A DNA stretch of 64,000 nucleotides from a bacterium (lineage in GTDB: Bacteria > Electryoneota > Electryoneia > Electryoneales > Electryoneaceae). The notes beneath the pieces are model-generated. The model was not told where the DNA came from. It ran no database searches and was given only the letters and a program-made list of their open reading frames with translations. Position numbers and translations under genes: made by a program. Location: contig CAXXKJ010000002.1 in the NCBI GenBank assembly GCA_963675295.2, positions 3,616,001-3,680,000 of the forward strand, read 5' to 3'. Numbering within the stretch: the stretch's first letter is position 1; each line of letters begins with the position of its first letter. Below, piece by piece: positions 1-8,677 of this stretch.

Positions 1-259
1 GTTGCAAGGATTTCCGGCTTAGACTATATTAGAAGTATACCTCCGCTTGTAGTAAACTGACAGCCCATTTTCAGGTAACACTGGGGTAACAAATCAAACC
101 GCAGGTATTCGGACTTAAGAAATTTTGGGATTTAATAACTCGCCGAAACACAGGATATATTCTGCTAAAACCCAATTTTTCAGGGTTAAGCATAATTTGT
201 GGATAGGTTTTAGGCACCTGTGCCGAAAGGTGTGGGGGTTCGAGTCCCCCCTCGCGCAC
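1..259. mobile_element. Right end (att junction) of an element integrated into tRNA-Leu(TAG); the element body lies left of the window
   Basis: AT-rich 1-203 ends abruptly at a tRNA 3' half; GGTAACA repeated at 74-80 and 85-91 resembles integrase arm-type sites. Confidence 0.6.
204..259 (+). pseudogene. 3' fragment of tRNA-Leu(TAG): anticodon arm, variable arm, T arm and acceptor 3' strand; 5' half missing
   Basis: AGGT-TTTAGGC-ACCT anticodon arm (TAG at 211-213), TGCC-GAAA-GGTG variable arm, GGGGG-TTCGAGT-CCCCC T arm, CTCGCGC-A; no GCGCGAG or D-arm upstream. Confidence 0.85.
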
Positions 260-319
260 GAGGAAGATTTACCCGGCATCTTCGGCAGCGGAAAAACCCG
301 ATCGACGAGGAGTGTGACC

Positions 320-712
320 GTGGCAGAACAGGATTACCGTGCAGCAACCAGCCTGATCGTGGTAGCCAATGAGTTCCCGGATCAGGATTTCCGCGAGAAG
401 CGGGAACAGGCGCATGAGGGCGTGTACTTCAAGGAAATCTACATGCGCTGGCGTGACCTGTTTGTGCTGCTGCCGTCCGCGAAGGATGTGAAGTGGAACG
501 AGAAGATCGACTTTGAGGACGCGGACCTGTTTTACAACACGATGCGGCTGGTGGTGGAATCGGACGCGACCCCGCCGGACCTGTACGCCGATATTCTGGC
601 CGCCACGGACGGGTTGACAATCCGCTGGGCTGAATTCCTCGATCTGGTGCCCACCGCGGCGTCGGTTGACTGGATGGCGGAAGCAGAGCGATACGAGCAC
701 CCCGCGAAGTAA
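320..712 (+). CDS. Hypothetical protein (~130 aa)
   Basis: GAGGAG RBS at ~307-312 before in-frame GTG (314 or 320); the longer track ORF runs through the tRNA fragment. Confidence 0.65.
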   Translation: MAEQDYRAATSLIVVANEFPDQDFREKREQAHEGVYFKEIYMRWRDLFVLLPSAKDVKWNEKIDFEDADLFYNTMRLVVESDATPPDLYADILAATDGLTIRWAEFLDLVPTAASVDWMAEAERYEHPAK

Positions 713-767
713 CCGCGCTCAGTATTTGGAGTTCCGGAATCAGCTCAGGAGTTGTTCCAACGATCTC

Positions 768-798
768 ACCCCTGTCCCCGACTCGGAGACGGGGGTTT
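768..798 (+). terminator. Hairpin, probable intrinsic terminator
   Basis: ACCCCTGTC(C)CCG ... CGG(A)GACGGGGGT followed by TT. Confidence 0.5.
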
Positions 799-1011
799 GC
801 TCTTGGCTTGCATTAACGAAATCAAAGTCTAACTTGGTTCGCGGGCGCTGTGAGCGATCATGGCGCCCGCTCCTGTTGCAGTTTGTAACAAGGGTGCACG
901 GTTTTCTTGGCCGTGCACGTTGTGTAAAATTAAGAAGATGCATCGCGGATCACCGAAGCTGTGAGGTGTTGGACCTCGAGTGATTCGGAACCGCGTAGCC
1001 GTGGGAGAGCT

Positions 1012-2373
1012 GTGAACGTCAAGGAACCGGTACAGGAAGGTTGTGTGGTGCGGATCGGCATTGAACTGACCGCCGATGAACTGCAGCCGCATATCGATGA
1101 ATCGTTGAAAGCGTTGCGCAAGACGGCGAAGCTGCCGGGCTTCCGTCCGGGCAAGGTGCCGGACAAGATTCTCAACCAGCGTTTTGGCCGTCAGATCAAG
1201 GAAGATGCCGCGGAAGAAGCGATCAAGGCGATGCTGCCGGACGCGTTGAAGGAAACCGGCATCAACCCGCTCGCGCTCTCCCCTGTTGAGGATACGGAAT
1301 ACGGCGATGACGGCAGCTTCAGCTTCACCGCCGTGCTCGAAGTCTCACCGGAATTCGACGTCGACAAGTGGAAAGAGGCGTCGGTGGAACGGTTCGTCGT
1401 CGACATCACTGACGAAGACGTCAAGCGTCACATCGAGACGATGCAGCGCGACAAGGCCGTGGTCACCGAAGGCGACGAAAATTCGACCGCAGAAGCGGGC
1501 GACCGGTTGACCGTTGGCATGCAGGAAGTGGACAAGGGCGGTGTCGCGATTGTCGGCAACAAGCGTGAGACGTTGGTCTTCGAGCTGGGTTCGGGCTACC
1601 TCGGCAAGGACGCCGACGCGAAGCTGCCGGGGATGAAGGTCGACGAGACCCGCCGTATCGAGATCCAGGAAGACGAACCGCAGATCATCGAAACTGCCAG
1701 TGAGGGTGTCACGTTCTGGGACGTTCACCTGAAGTCGCTGGAAAAGGTAGAACTGCCGGAGCTGAACGACGATTTCGCAGCGCAGGTGGACGAGAAGTTC
1801 GAGAGCTACGCAGACTTTGAGAAAAACGTTCGCGAGCAGCTCAACACGTTTGCCCAGTACCAGGCGAACCAGCGTTCGGCAGGATTTTTGCGTGAGGCAG
1901 TCATCGGAGCGTTCGATTTTGAACTGCCGCCATCGTTGCTAAGCCAGACGTTGGAAGACATGATCCAGCGTCAGATCCAGGAATCCGGCAGTGCGTACGA
2001 CGCGGACACGTTGCGCCCGTACCTCGCTCCGTTGGCGGAGCAGGAATTGAAGTGGTTCTTCATCCGCCGCCGTTTGATCGAAGCGGAGGGCATTGAGGTC
2101 ACGGACGAAGAGATCGAGCAGCAGGTGGAGAACTACCACAAGGCTCATCCGGAAACCGATCTCGAGCAGTTGAAGCTGATGTTCAAGACCGGCGAGAAAC
2201 GCGAACAGCTCGCCGACGAGATCATCATGGGCAAGGTGATGGAAGTGCTGCGAAACGGCGTGAAGTGGGAAGACAAGCCGGTTTCGTTCATGGACATCCT
2301 GATGGATGCTCGGGCTCAGCAAGTCCAATATGGGGCCCATGAGCACGATCATGACCATGATCACGCTGATTAA
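1012..2373 (+). CDS. tig: Trigger factor, with His-rich C-terminal tail
   Basis: GFRPGKVP ribosome-binding signature; precedes clpP-clpX; GTG start after GGGAGAG. Confidence 0.95.
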   Translation: MNVKEPVQEGCVVRIGIELTADELQPHIDESLKALRKTAKLPGFRPGKVPDKILNQRFGRQIKEDAAEEAIKAMLPDALKETGINPLALSPVEDTEYGDDGSFSFTAVLEVSPEFDVDKWKEASVERFVVDITDEDVKRHIETMQRDKAVVTEGDENSTAEAGDRLTVGMQEVDKGGVAIVGNKRETLVFELGSGYLGKDADAKLPGMKVDETRRIEIQEDEPQIIETASEGVTFWDVHLKSLEKVELPELNDDFAAQVDEKFESYADFEKNVREQLNTFAQYQANQRSAGFLREAVIGAFDFELPPSLLSQTLEDMIQRQIQESGSAYDADTLRPYLAPLAEQELKWFFIRRRLIEAEGIEVTDEEIEQQVENYHKAHPETDLEQLKLMFKTGEKREQLADEIIMGKVMEVLRNGVKWEDKPVSFMDILMDARAQQVQYGAHEHDHDHDHAD

Positions 2374-2431
2374 CTTAGGGTATTCGGGAAATAAATTCCT
2401 GACTGTCACCTAACGGGAGTTTGGAGATTTC

Positions 2432-3061
2432 ATGGAACAGACGGTTGGACAGTTGATTCCGATGGTGATTGAGCAGACCGGTCGTGGCGAACGTGCGTTC
2501 GACATTTACAGCCGGTTGCTCAAGGAACGGATTATCTTCCTCGGCACCCCAGTCGACTACCACATGGCAAACCTGATTATCGCGCAGCTGCTGTTCCTCG
2601 AAGCGGAGGATCCGGAGCGCGATATCAGCATTTACATCAACAGCCCCGGTGGATCCGTCAGTGACGGCCTCGCCATCTACGATACCATTCAGTACATCCG
2701 TCCGGATGTGCAGACAATCTGCATCGGTCTTGCGGCCTCGATGGGCGCATTGTTGCTCGCCTCCGGCACCAAAGGCAAGCGCAGCTCGCTGCCGAACAGC
2801 AAGATCATGATCCACCAGCCGTCCGGCGGTTTCCGCGGCACGGCGGCGGACATCGAGATTCACGCGCGGGAGATTCTCAAGGAGCGTGAACGTCTGAATC
2901 GCATCCTCGCGCAACATACTGGACAAGATATCGAGCAGATCGCGCAGGATGTCGACCGTGACAACTTCATGGATCCGGACGATGCGCTGAAGTACGGTAT
3001 CATCGATAAGATTCAGACCTCAGATCGTAGCGACAAGAAATCGGATGATGACAAGAAGTAG
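2432..3061 (+). CDS. clpP: ATP-dependent Clp protease proteolytic subunit
   Basis: [33 protein letters not shown] motifs. Confidence 0.98.
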   Translation: MEQTVGQLIPMVIEQTGRGERAFDIYSRLLKERIIFLGTPVDYHMANLIIAQLLFLEAEDPERDISIYINSPGGSVSDGLAIYDTIQYIRPDVQTICIGLAASMGALLLASGTKGKRSSLPNSKIMIHQPSGGFRGTAADIEIHAREILKERERLNRILAQHTGQDIEQIAQDVDRDNFMDPDDALKYGIIDKIQTSDRSDKKSDDDKK

Positions 3062-3086
3062 CCACGTGAGTTCCTGGAGCTGACCG

Positions 3087-4346
3087 ATGAGTGACAACCC
3101 TCGTGATATGAACCGATCAGTCCAGCGTTGCAGTTTCTGTGGGCGTGGTTCGGATCAGACACAGGTCATGATCAGCGGCCCGAAAGGGGTGATGATTTGT
3201 GACCACTGCATCCGAGCGTCCAACCAGATCATCCGGCAGAACCAGTCGGCGAAGCAGGTGAAACCGCTTGATTCCTTCCCGGTACCGGAAGAAATCAAGC
3301 GCCGGCTGGATGAGTACGTTATTGGTCAGGAAGAAGCGAAACGCAAGATCGCGGTGGCGGTCTACAACCATTACAAGCGTGTCAACAACCGCACGCTTGA
3401 GGACGACATCGAGCTGGACAAGAGCAACATCGTCCTGCTCGGCCCCACCGGCACCGGCAAAACGCTCATCGCGCAAACGTTAGCGCGGATGCTGCAGGTG
3501 CCATTCGCGATCGCGGACGCAACCACGCTCACCGAAGCCGGTTATGTCGGTGAGGACGTGGAAAACGTACTCGTGCGCTTGTTGCAGGCGGCGGAATATG
3601 ACGTTGCCTCAGCGGAGATCGGAATCGTCTACATCGACGAGATCGACAAGATTTCGCGCAAGTCGCAGAACACGTCGATCACACGCGACGTCAGCGGCGA
3701 AGGTGTGCAGCAGGCGTTGCTGAAGATGCTGGAGGGCACGGTTGCTTCCGTGCCGCCCGAGGGTGGTCGCAAGCATCCGGAACAGAAACTCGTCAGCATC
3801 GACACCAAGAACATTCTCTTCATCTGCGGCGGTGCGTTCGAGGGATTGGACGACATCGTCAAGCGCCGTGTCAACGAACGCGCGATGGGATTTGGCGCGG
3901 ATGTTTCCAAGGTGCAGCGCACCTCGACGTTCGATTTCCTCCGTCAGACGCAGCCGAAGGACATGATTCAGTTCGGTCTGATCCCCGAGCTGGTCGGCCG
4001 GATTCCGGTGATCGCAGCGATGGACGAATTGAGCGAAGACGCGATGCTGCGCATCCTGACCGAACCACGCAATGCGGTGACCAAGCAGTTCAAACGGCTG
4101 TTTGAGATGGAAGGCGTGGAGCTCGAGTTTGACCCCGAAGCGTTGCTGGAAGTCGTGCGTCAAGCGCAGGAGCGCAAGATCGGCGCGCGTGCGTTGCGGG
4201 CGATCATGGAACAGGCGATGCTCGATCCGATGTTCACGATTCCGTCGCACAAGGAAATCAACCGCGTCCGGATCACGAAGGAAGTGGTGACCGGCGAAGC
4301 GGAACCGATCTTCGAAGAAATCAACGAAAACCGGAAAAGTGCCTGA
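3087..4346 (+). CDS. clpX: Clp protease ATP-binding subunit ClpX
   Basis: CSFC..CDHC zinc domain, [34 protein letters not shown]. Confidence 0.98.
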   Translation: MSDNPRDMNRSVQRCSFCGRGSDQTQVMISGPKGVMICDHCIRASNQIIRQNQSAKQVKPLDSFPVPEEIKRRLDEYVIGQEEAKRKIAVAVYNHYKRVNNRTLEDDIELDKSNIVLLGPTGTGKTLIAQTLARMLQVPFAIADATTLTEAGYVGEDVENVLVRLLQAAEYDVASAEIGIVYIDEIDKISRKSQNTSITRDVSGEGVQQALLKMLEGTVASVPPEGGRKHPEQKLVSIDTKNILFICGGAFEGLDDIVKRRVNERAMGFGADVSKVQRTSTFDFLRQTQPKDMIQFGLIPELVGRIPVIAAMDELSEDAMLRILTEPRNAVTKQFKRLFEMEGVELEFDPEALLEVVRQAQERKIGARALRAIMEQAMLDPMFTIPSHKEINRVRITKEVVTGEAEPIFEEINENRKSA

Positions 4347-6703
4347 TGGCAGACCCTGAAGCCGCCAACGGGGAGGATCTGCAACAGACCATACCCGACC
4401 TGCTTCCAGTTTTCCCGGTCCGTGACCAGATCATTTTCCCCCGCATGGTGTTCCCGCTGCTCGTGGGGCGTGAGGGCACGCTCCGCGCAGTCGAGGCGAG
4501 CATGATGCAGGACCGTCTCCTGCTGCTGCTGGCGCAGAAGGATTCCGGGACCGACGACATCACGTTTGACGAATTGTACCAGGTGGGTGTCGTCGCCAAG
4601 GTCGTGCAGGTGATGAAGCTGCCTAACGGCCTGGTCAAAGTGCTGGTCGAAGGTTTGTCCCGCGCGCAGGTTTTGGAGCCGGTTGACCAGGAAGGCTACC
4701 TCGGCGCCCGTCTCACTCCTGTTTTCCCCAGTGACCGTCAGGACATTCGCCTCGAAGGCGCGATGCGGCACGCGATCACGCTGTTCAAGGAATATGTCCC
4801 GCTCAACCGGTCGATTCCGGATGAGCTGCTGTATGCCATCGAAACGCTGAAAGATCCCGACCGTATCAGCGATTTCCTCGCTGCCCAGTTGACCGTCCCC
4901 TACCAGCGCAAGCAGAAGATTCTCGAAGCGATTTCGACGTACGAGCAGTTCATCGAAATTGCGAACCAGATCGCGCATGAGATCGAGGTGCTGCAGGTTG
5001 AGCGCTCGATCGAAAGCCAGGTTCGGGAACGGATCAGTGTCTCGCAACGCACCTACTTTTTGCAGGAACAGCTGCGTGCGATTAAACGCGAACTGGGTGA
5101 CGAAGCCGAGGACGAGTTTGGTGACATCCACGCCTACCAGAAGAAGCTGGAAGAGACTAAGCTCAGCGCGGAAGCAAAGGAAAAGGTCGTTGAGGAGCTA
5201 AACCGGCTGAAGGCGATGCCGATGATGTCGCCGGAAGCGACGGTTGTGCGCAACTACATCGACTGGGTGTTGTCGATCCCGTGGAACAAGAAGACGCGGG
5301 ACCGGCACGACATCACCAAGGCGCGTGAGATCCTCGACAACGACCATTACGGCCTCGAGAAGCCGAAGGATCGTATTCTCGAACACCTCGCGGTGCTGTC
5401 GCTGGTCAAGCAGATCCGTGGGCCGCTGCTCTGCCTCGTCGGGCCGCCGGGGGTTGGCAAGACCAGCCTCGGGGCGTCGATTGCGCGGGCGTTGAACCGC
5501 AAATTTGTCCGCATCAGCTTGGGCGGCGTGCGTGACGAAGCCGAGATCCGTGGCCACCGCCGCACCTACATCGGCAGCCAGCCGGGCCGCATCATCCAAT
5601 CGATGAAAAAGGCCGGCGTGACCAACCCGGTATTTTTACTCGATGAAGTCGACAAGATGAGCATGGACTTCCGTGGCGATCCCGCCTCCGCCCTGCTCGA
5701 AGTGCTCGACCCGGAACAGAACCGCACCTTCTCCGACCACTACCTCGAGGTCGATTACGATCTCAGCCAGGTGATGTTCGTCTGCACCGCGAACACGCGG
5801 GACGGCATCCCGTTGCCCTTGCAGGACCGGATGGAAATCATCGAGCTGCCGGGCTACCTGACTGAAGAGAAGATGCACATCGCGGAAGGTTTCCTCGTTC
5901 CGAAGCAGCTCAAGGAACACGGGCTCGACGCGAAGAAGGTTCGTTTCACCCGGGACGCCGTGCTGCGCATCATCGAAGAATACACCCGCGAAGCGGGCGT
6001 GCGTGAACTGGAACGCATGATCGCACGCGGGGTGCGCCGTGTCGCGCGCCGGCGTGTCGAGAACAAACGGCTGAAGAAGGACGACGTCATCGGCGCGGGC
6101 CGGTTGAAAGCGTTGCTCGGCCGGTCGACCCATTACAAGCAGGAACTGGACCTCAAGCCGATGGTCGGCGGCGCGGTGGGATTGGCGTGGACACCGGTCG
6201 GCGGAGACGTGCTCCGCATACAGGTCCGCACCATGCCCGGCGAGTTCAAGCTGACCCTGACCGGCCGTCTAGGCGACGTGATGAAGGAAAGCGCGCAGGC
6301 GTCCTTGAGCTACATCCGCAGCCTCGCGCATGAGCTCGACATCCCGCAGGAAATGATCGACAAGCGCGAGATTCACATCCACATTCCCGAGGGCGCGGTG
6401 CCGAAGGACGGCCCGTCCGCCGGTGTCACCCTGGCGACGGCGCTGCTCAGCGCGTTGACCGGCAAACAGGTGCGCGGCGACCTCGCGATGACCGGCGAAA
6501 TCGGCCTGCAGGGCGAAGTTCACCCCGTCGGCGGCATCAACGAAAAGGTGATGGCCGCGCAACGCTCCGGCGTGAAAACGATCCTCCTGCCCGAACGCAA
6601 CCGTCCCGACTGGGACGACCGTCCGCGCGGCGTCGGCCGTGGGCTCGAGGTGCATTTCGTAACGCGTGTGGATGAAGTGTGGGAACGGGCGTTGATGGCC
6701 TGA
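4346..6703 (+). CDS. lon: Lon protease
   Basis: N-terminal LON domain, GPPGVGKTS, KDGPSAG catalytic Ser motif. Confidence 0.98.
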   Translation: MADPEAANGEDLQQTIPDLLPVFPVRDQIIFPRMVFPLLVGREGTLRAVEASMMQDRLLLLLAQKDSGTDDITFDELYQVGVVAKVVQVMKLPNGLVKVLVEGLSRAQVLEPVDQEGYLGARLTPVFPSDRQDIRLEGAMRHAITLFKEYVPLNRSIPDELLYAIETLKDPDRISDFLAAQLTVPYQRKQKILEAISTYEQFIEIANQIAHEIEVLQVERSIESQVRERISVSQRTYFLQEQLRAIKRELGDEAEDEFGDIHAYQKKLEETKLSAEAKEKVVEELNRLKAMPMMSPEATVVRNYIDWVLSIPWNKKTRDRHDITKAREILDNDHYGLEKPKDRILEHLAVLSLVKQIRGPLLCLVGPPGVGKTSLGASIARALNRKFVRISLGGVRDEAEIRGHRRTYIGSQPGRIIQSMKKAGVTNPVFLLDEVDKMSMDFRGDPASALLEVLDPEQNRTFSDHYLEVDYDLSQVMFVCTANTRDGIPLPLQDRMEIIELPGYLTEEKMHIAEGFLVPKQLKEHGLDAKKVRFTRDAVLRIIEEYTREAGVRELERMIARGVRRVARRRVENKRLKKDDVIGAGRLKALLGRSTHYKQELDLKPMVGGAVGLAWTPVGGDVLRIQVRTMPGEFKLTLTGRLGDVMKESAQASLSYIRSLAHELDIPQEMIDKREIHIHIPEGAVPKDGPSAGVTLATALLSALTGKQVRGDLAMTGEIGLQGEVHPVGGINEKVMAAQRSGVKTILLPERNRPDWDDRPRGVGRGLEVHFVTRVDEVWERALMA

Positions 6704-6786
6704 CTTTTTTATCGTTTGAATCTGAATACTATTGCATAGTTTCCAGCCAATGCTCATCTTACTCCTGAGCTTCTACGGACAATGAT

Positions 6787-6987
6787 ATGGGTAAATCGTA
6801 CAAAGTACGAGAAGTTCTGAAGATACTTCAGGATGATGGCTGGATAATCATTAAACAGCGGGGAAGCCATCGGCAGTTGAAGCATCCAGTAAAACCTGGT
6901 AAAGTCACCTTAGCCGGAAAGCTTGGGATTGATGTTCCACCAGGAACACTGAAGAGCATCTTGAAGCAAGCAGGTCTTGAACAATGA
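6787..6987 (+). CDS. hicA: HicA-family mRNA interferase toxin
   Basis: 66 aa with GW...GSHRQLKHP..PGKVT..GTLKSILKQAGL. Confidence 0.92.
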   Translation: MGKSYKVREVLKILQDDGWIIIKQRGSHRQLKHPVKPGKVTLAGKLGIDVPPGTLKSILKQAGLEQ

Positions 6988-7193
6988 ACTACACCGTCAT
7001 CATTGAACGTGGAGATACCTCGTGGGGCGCGTGGGTGCCGGATTTACCTGGCTGCACGGCTGTTGCCCAGACACGAGAAGAGGTTGTCACGTTAATCCAG
7101 GAAGCGATTGAGTTTCATCTGGAGGGGTTGCATGAAGATGGTGACCCCGTACCGGAGCCGCGATCCGAAAGCCTGAAAATTCACGTCGCTTGA
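6984..7193 (+). CDS. hicB: Short HicB-family antitoxin without DNA-binding domain
   Basis: YTVIIE..WVPDLPGC...EAIEFHLEGL; ATGA overlap with hicA. Confidence 0.92.
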   Translation: MNYTVIIERGDTSWGAWVPDLPGCTAVAQTREEVVTLIQEAIEFHLEGLHEDGDPVPEPRSESLKIHVA

Positions 7194-7260
7194 TCGTACG
7201 ATAGAGTGACGCCGTTCTGTTTAGCGACCCTGCCGAAAAAGGCACGGTCGTTTTTGTTTT

Positions 7261-7302
7261 GCACATTGCTCACAGCTCATTGCTCACAGCTTATCGCTCA
7301 CG
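7261..7302. repeat. Heptamer tandem array (GCTCACA-like) x6 next to the stop of 7304..7777
   Basis: gcacatt gctcaca gctcatt gctcaca gcttatc gctcacg. Confidence 0.85.
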
Positions 7303-7303
7303 A

Positions 7304-7777
7304 CTACCCATACATCGGCGGGTCGCGGCGGGAATCCTCGGGCAGAATGCGGGTGAGGGTCAGGGTCAGGGTGCCGTCGTCTGTGAGCTCACCTTCGACG
7401 TCATCCATGGACTCGTTGGCGAAGTCGAGGCTTTCGAGTTCGAGCGAACGGGCGGTCATGCCATGCGGACGGAAGGTTCCGGTCGCGGCGTCGGCGGGGA
7501 TGTCGTCCAGGTGGCATTTGATGCTGAATTGCACCCGGTTGGCGAGCACGACCATGTCGACACGGAAGGTTGATTCGCCGTCTTCGTGCAGCAGGCCCTC
7601 GATCACTTCCTCGCAGACACCGAGCACCGAGACGATGATCCGTTCCAGCTCGAACGCATCAGTGCGCAAGCGGCGCAGGGTGACATCGACCTTTTCCGCG
7701 ATCATGCCGAGGAAGGACGTGTCGGCGGGGTATTCGAGCCCCCAGCGGATGGAGAAAACGTTACGGTTCTGGCCCAT
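7304..7777 (-). CDS. RsbW/SpoIIAB-like (HATPase_c_2-fold) protein with degenerate ATP-binding boxes
   Basis: PADTSFLGMI..SVLGVCEEVIEG..RVQFSIK..SMDDVE follows the anti-sigma-factor pattern but lacks ExxxN and the DxGxG/GxG boxes; ATG at 7777. Confidence 0.55.
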   Translation of the reverse strand: MGQNRNVFSIRWGLEYPADTSFLGMIAEKVDVTLRRLRTDAFELERIIVSVLGVCEEVIEGLLHEDGESTFRVDMVVLANRVQFSIKCHLDDIPADAATGTFRPHGMTARSLELESLDFANESMDDVEGELTDDGTLTLTLTRILPEDSRRDPPMYG

Positions 7778-7790
7778 GGATGATGGTGCT

Positions 7791-7934
7791 CGGTAAACGG
7801 TTGTCGGTAAACGGTTGTCGGTTGCCGGTAATCGGTGGCCGGTCATCGCTATTTGTACTGCCGCAGTCCGTCGCCCGCCGTCCGCAGCCTGAATGCAGTC
7901 ACTGACACCTGACGACTGAGCACTGAGCACTGTC
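7791..7934. repeat. Three stacked heptamer arrays: CGGTNNN x8 (7791-7846), CCGCAGT-like x4 (7861-7888), ACTGAGC-like x5 (7901-7934)
   Basis: 7-bp periodicity read directly; the last array abuts the stop at 7935. Confidence 0.85.
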
Positions 7935-8585
7935 TTACAGAATCCCCATCGAACGCAGGAAACCGGCGTCGAGGTAGGGGTTGGAACGGCCTTCCTCGCG
8001 GATCGTGGTTGACGGGCCGTGACCGGGATGCACCTTCGTCTCGCCGGGCAGCGCCAGCAGTTTGCTGCGGATGCCGTCAATCAGCGCGCGGCCGTCCCCG
8101 CCGGGAAAGTCGAACCGTCCGATCCCGCCCGCGAACAGGGTGTCCCCCGCGAATACGTGGCCGCTGTCGTGGTAAAAGACGACATGCCCGCGTGTGTGGC
8201 CGGGAATATGGATCGTCTTCAGCGTCAGCTCACCCCAGGTCAACGTGTCGCCGTCGTCCACGGTCCGTGTCGGCTCGCCAACATTGAGATCCGCGCCGAA
8301 ATGTACCGCGAGATTCAGTTCCGGATTGGTCAGCATCGGGGCGTCGTCCGGATGGCAGACCACCTCGGCGTCCGAGTAGCGTTGACGCAGCTCCGCGACC
8401 GCGCCGATGTGGTCGGCGTGGCCATGCGTGATCAGGATCGCGGCGGGTTCGATCTTCCACGTGTCGAACGTGTGGATGAAGCGTTCCGCTTCGGCGCCGG
8501 GATCGACGATCACGGCGTCATCGCCCACACGCGCGATGAACGCGTTGGTTTCCAGATCCCCCACGGTCAGACGAACGATGTCCAT
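7935..8585 (-). CDS. MBL-fold metallo-hydrolase (glyoxalase II/YcbL-like)
   Basis: THGHADH, PGHTRGH, GDTLF, PGHG motifs. Confidence 0.93.
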   Translation of the reverse strand: MDIVRLTVGDLETNAFIARVGDDAVIVDPGAEAERFIHTFDTWKIEPAAILITHGHADHIGAVAELRQRYSDAEVVCHPDDAPMLTNPELNLAVHFGADLNVGEPTRTVDDGDTLTWGELTLKTIHIPGHTRGHVVFYHDSGHVFAGDTLFAGGIGRFDFPGGDGRALIDGIRSKLLALPGETKVHPGHGPSTTIREEGRSNPYLDAGFLRSMGIL

Positions 8586-8677
8586 GACAACCTCAAAGCG
8601 TGCGGCAAAGAAAAACATCGGCCATGCTTTCGCATAACCGATGTTACAAACTGGTCACGGATCAGCCAACCGGCTGC

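Noticed and set aside
204-259. Functional tRNA-Leu
   Set aside because: The 5' acceptor strand and D-arm are missing
7304-8080. 258-aa version of the RsbW-like ORF
   Set aside because: The N-terminal extension overlaps the MBL gene and is translated heptamer repeats; ATG 7777 preferred
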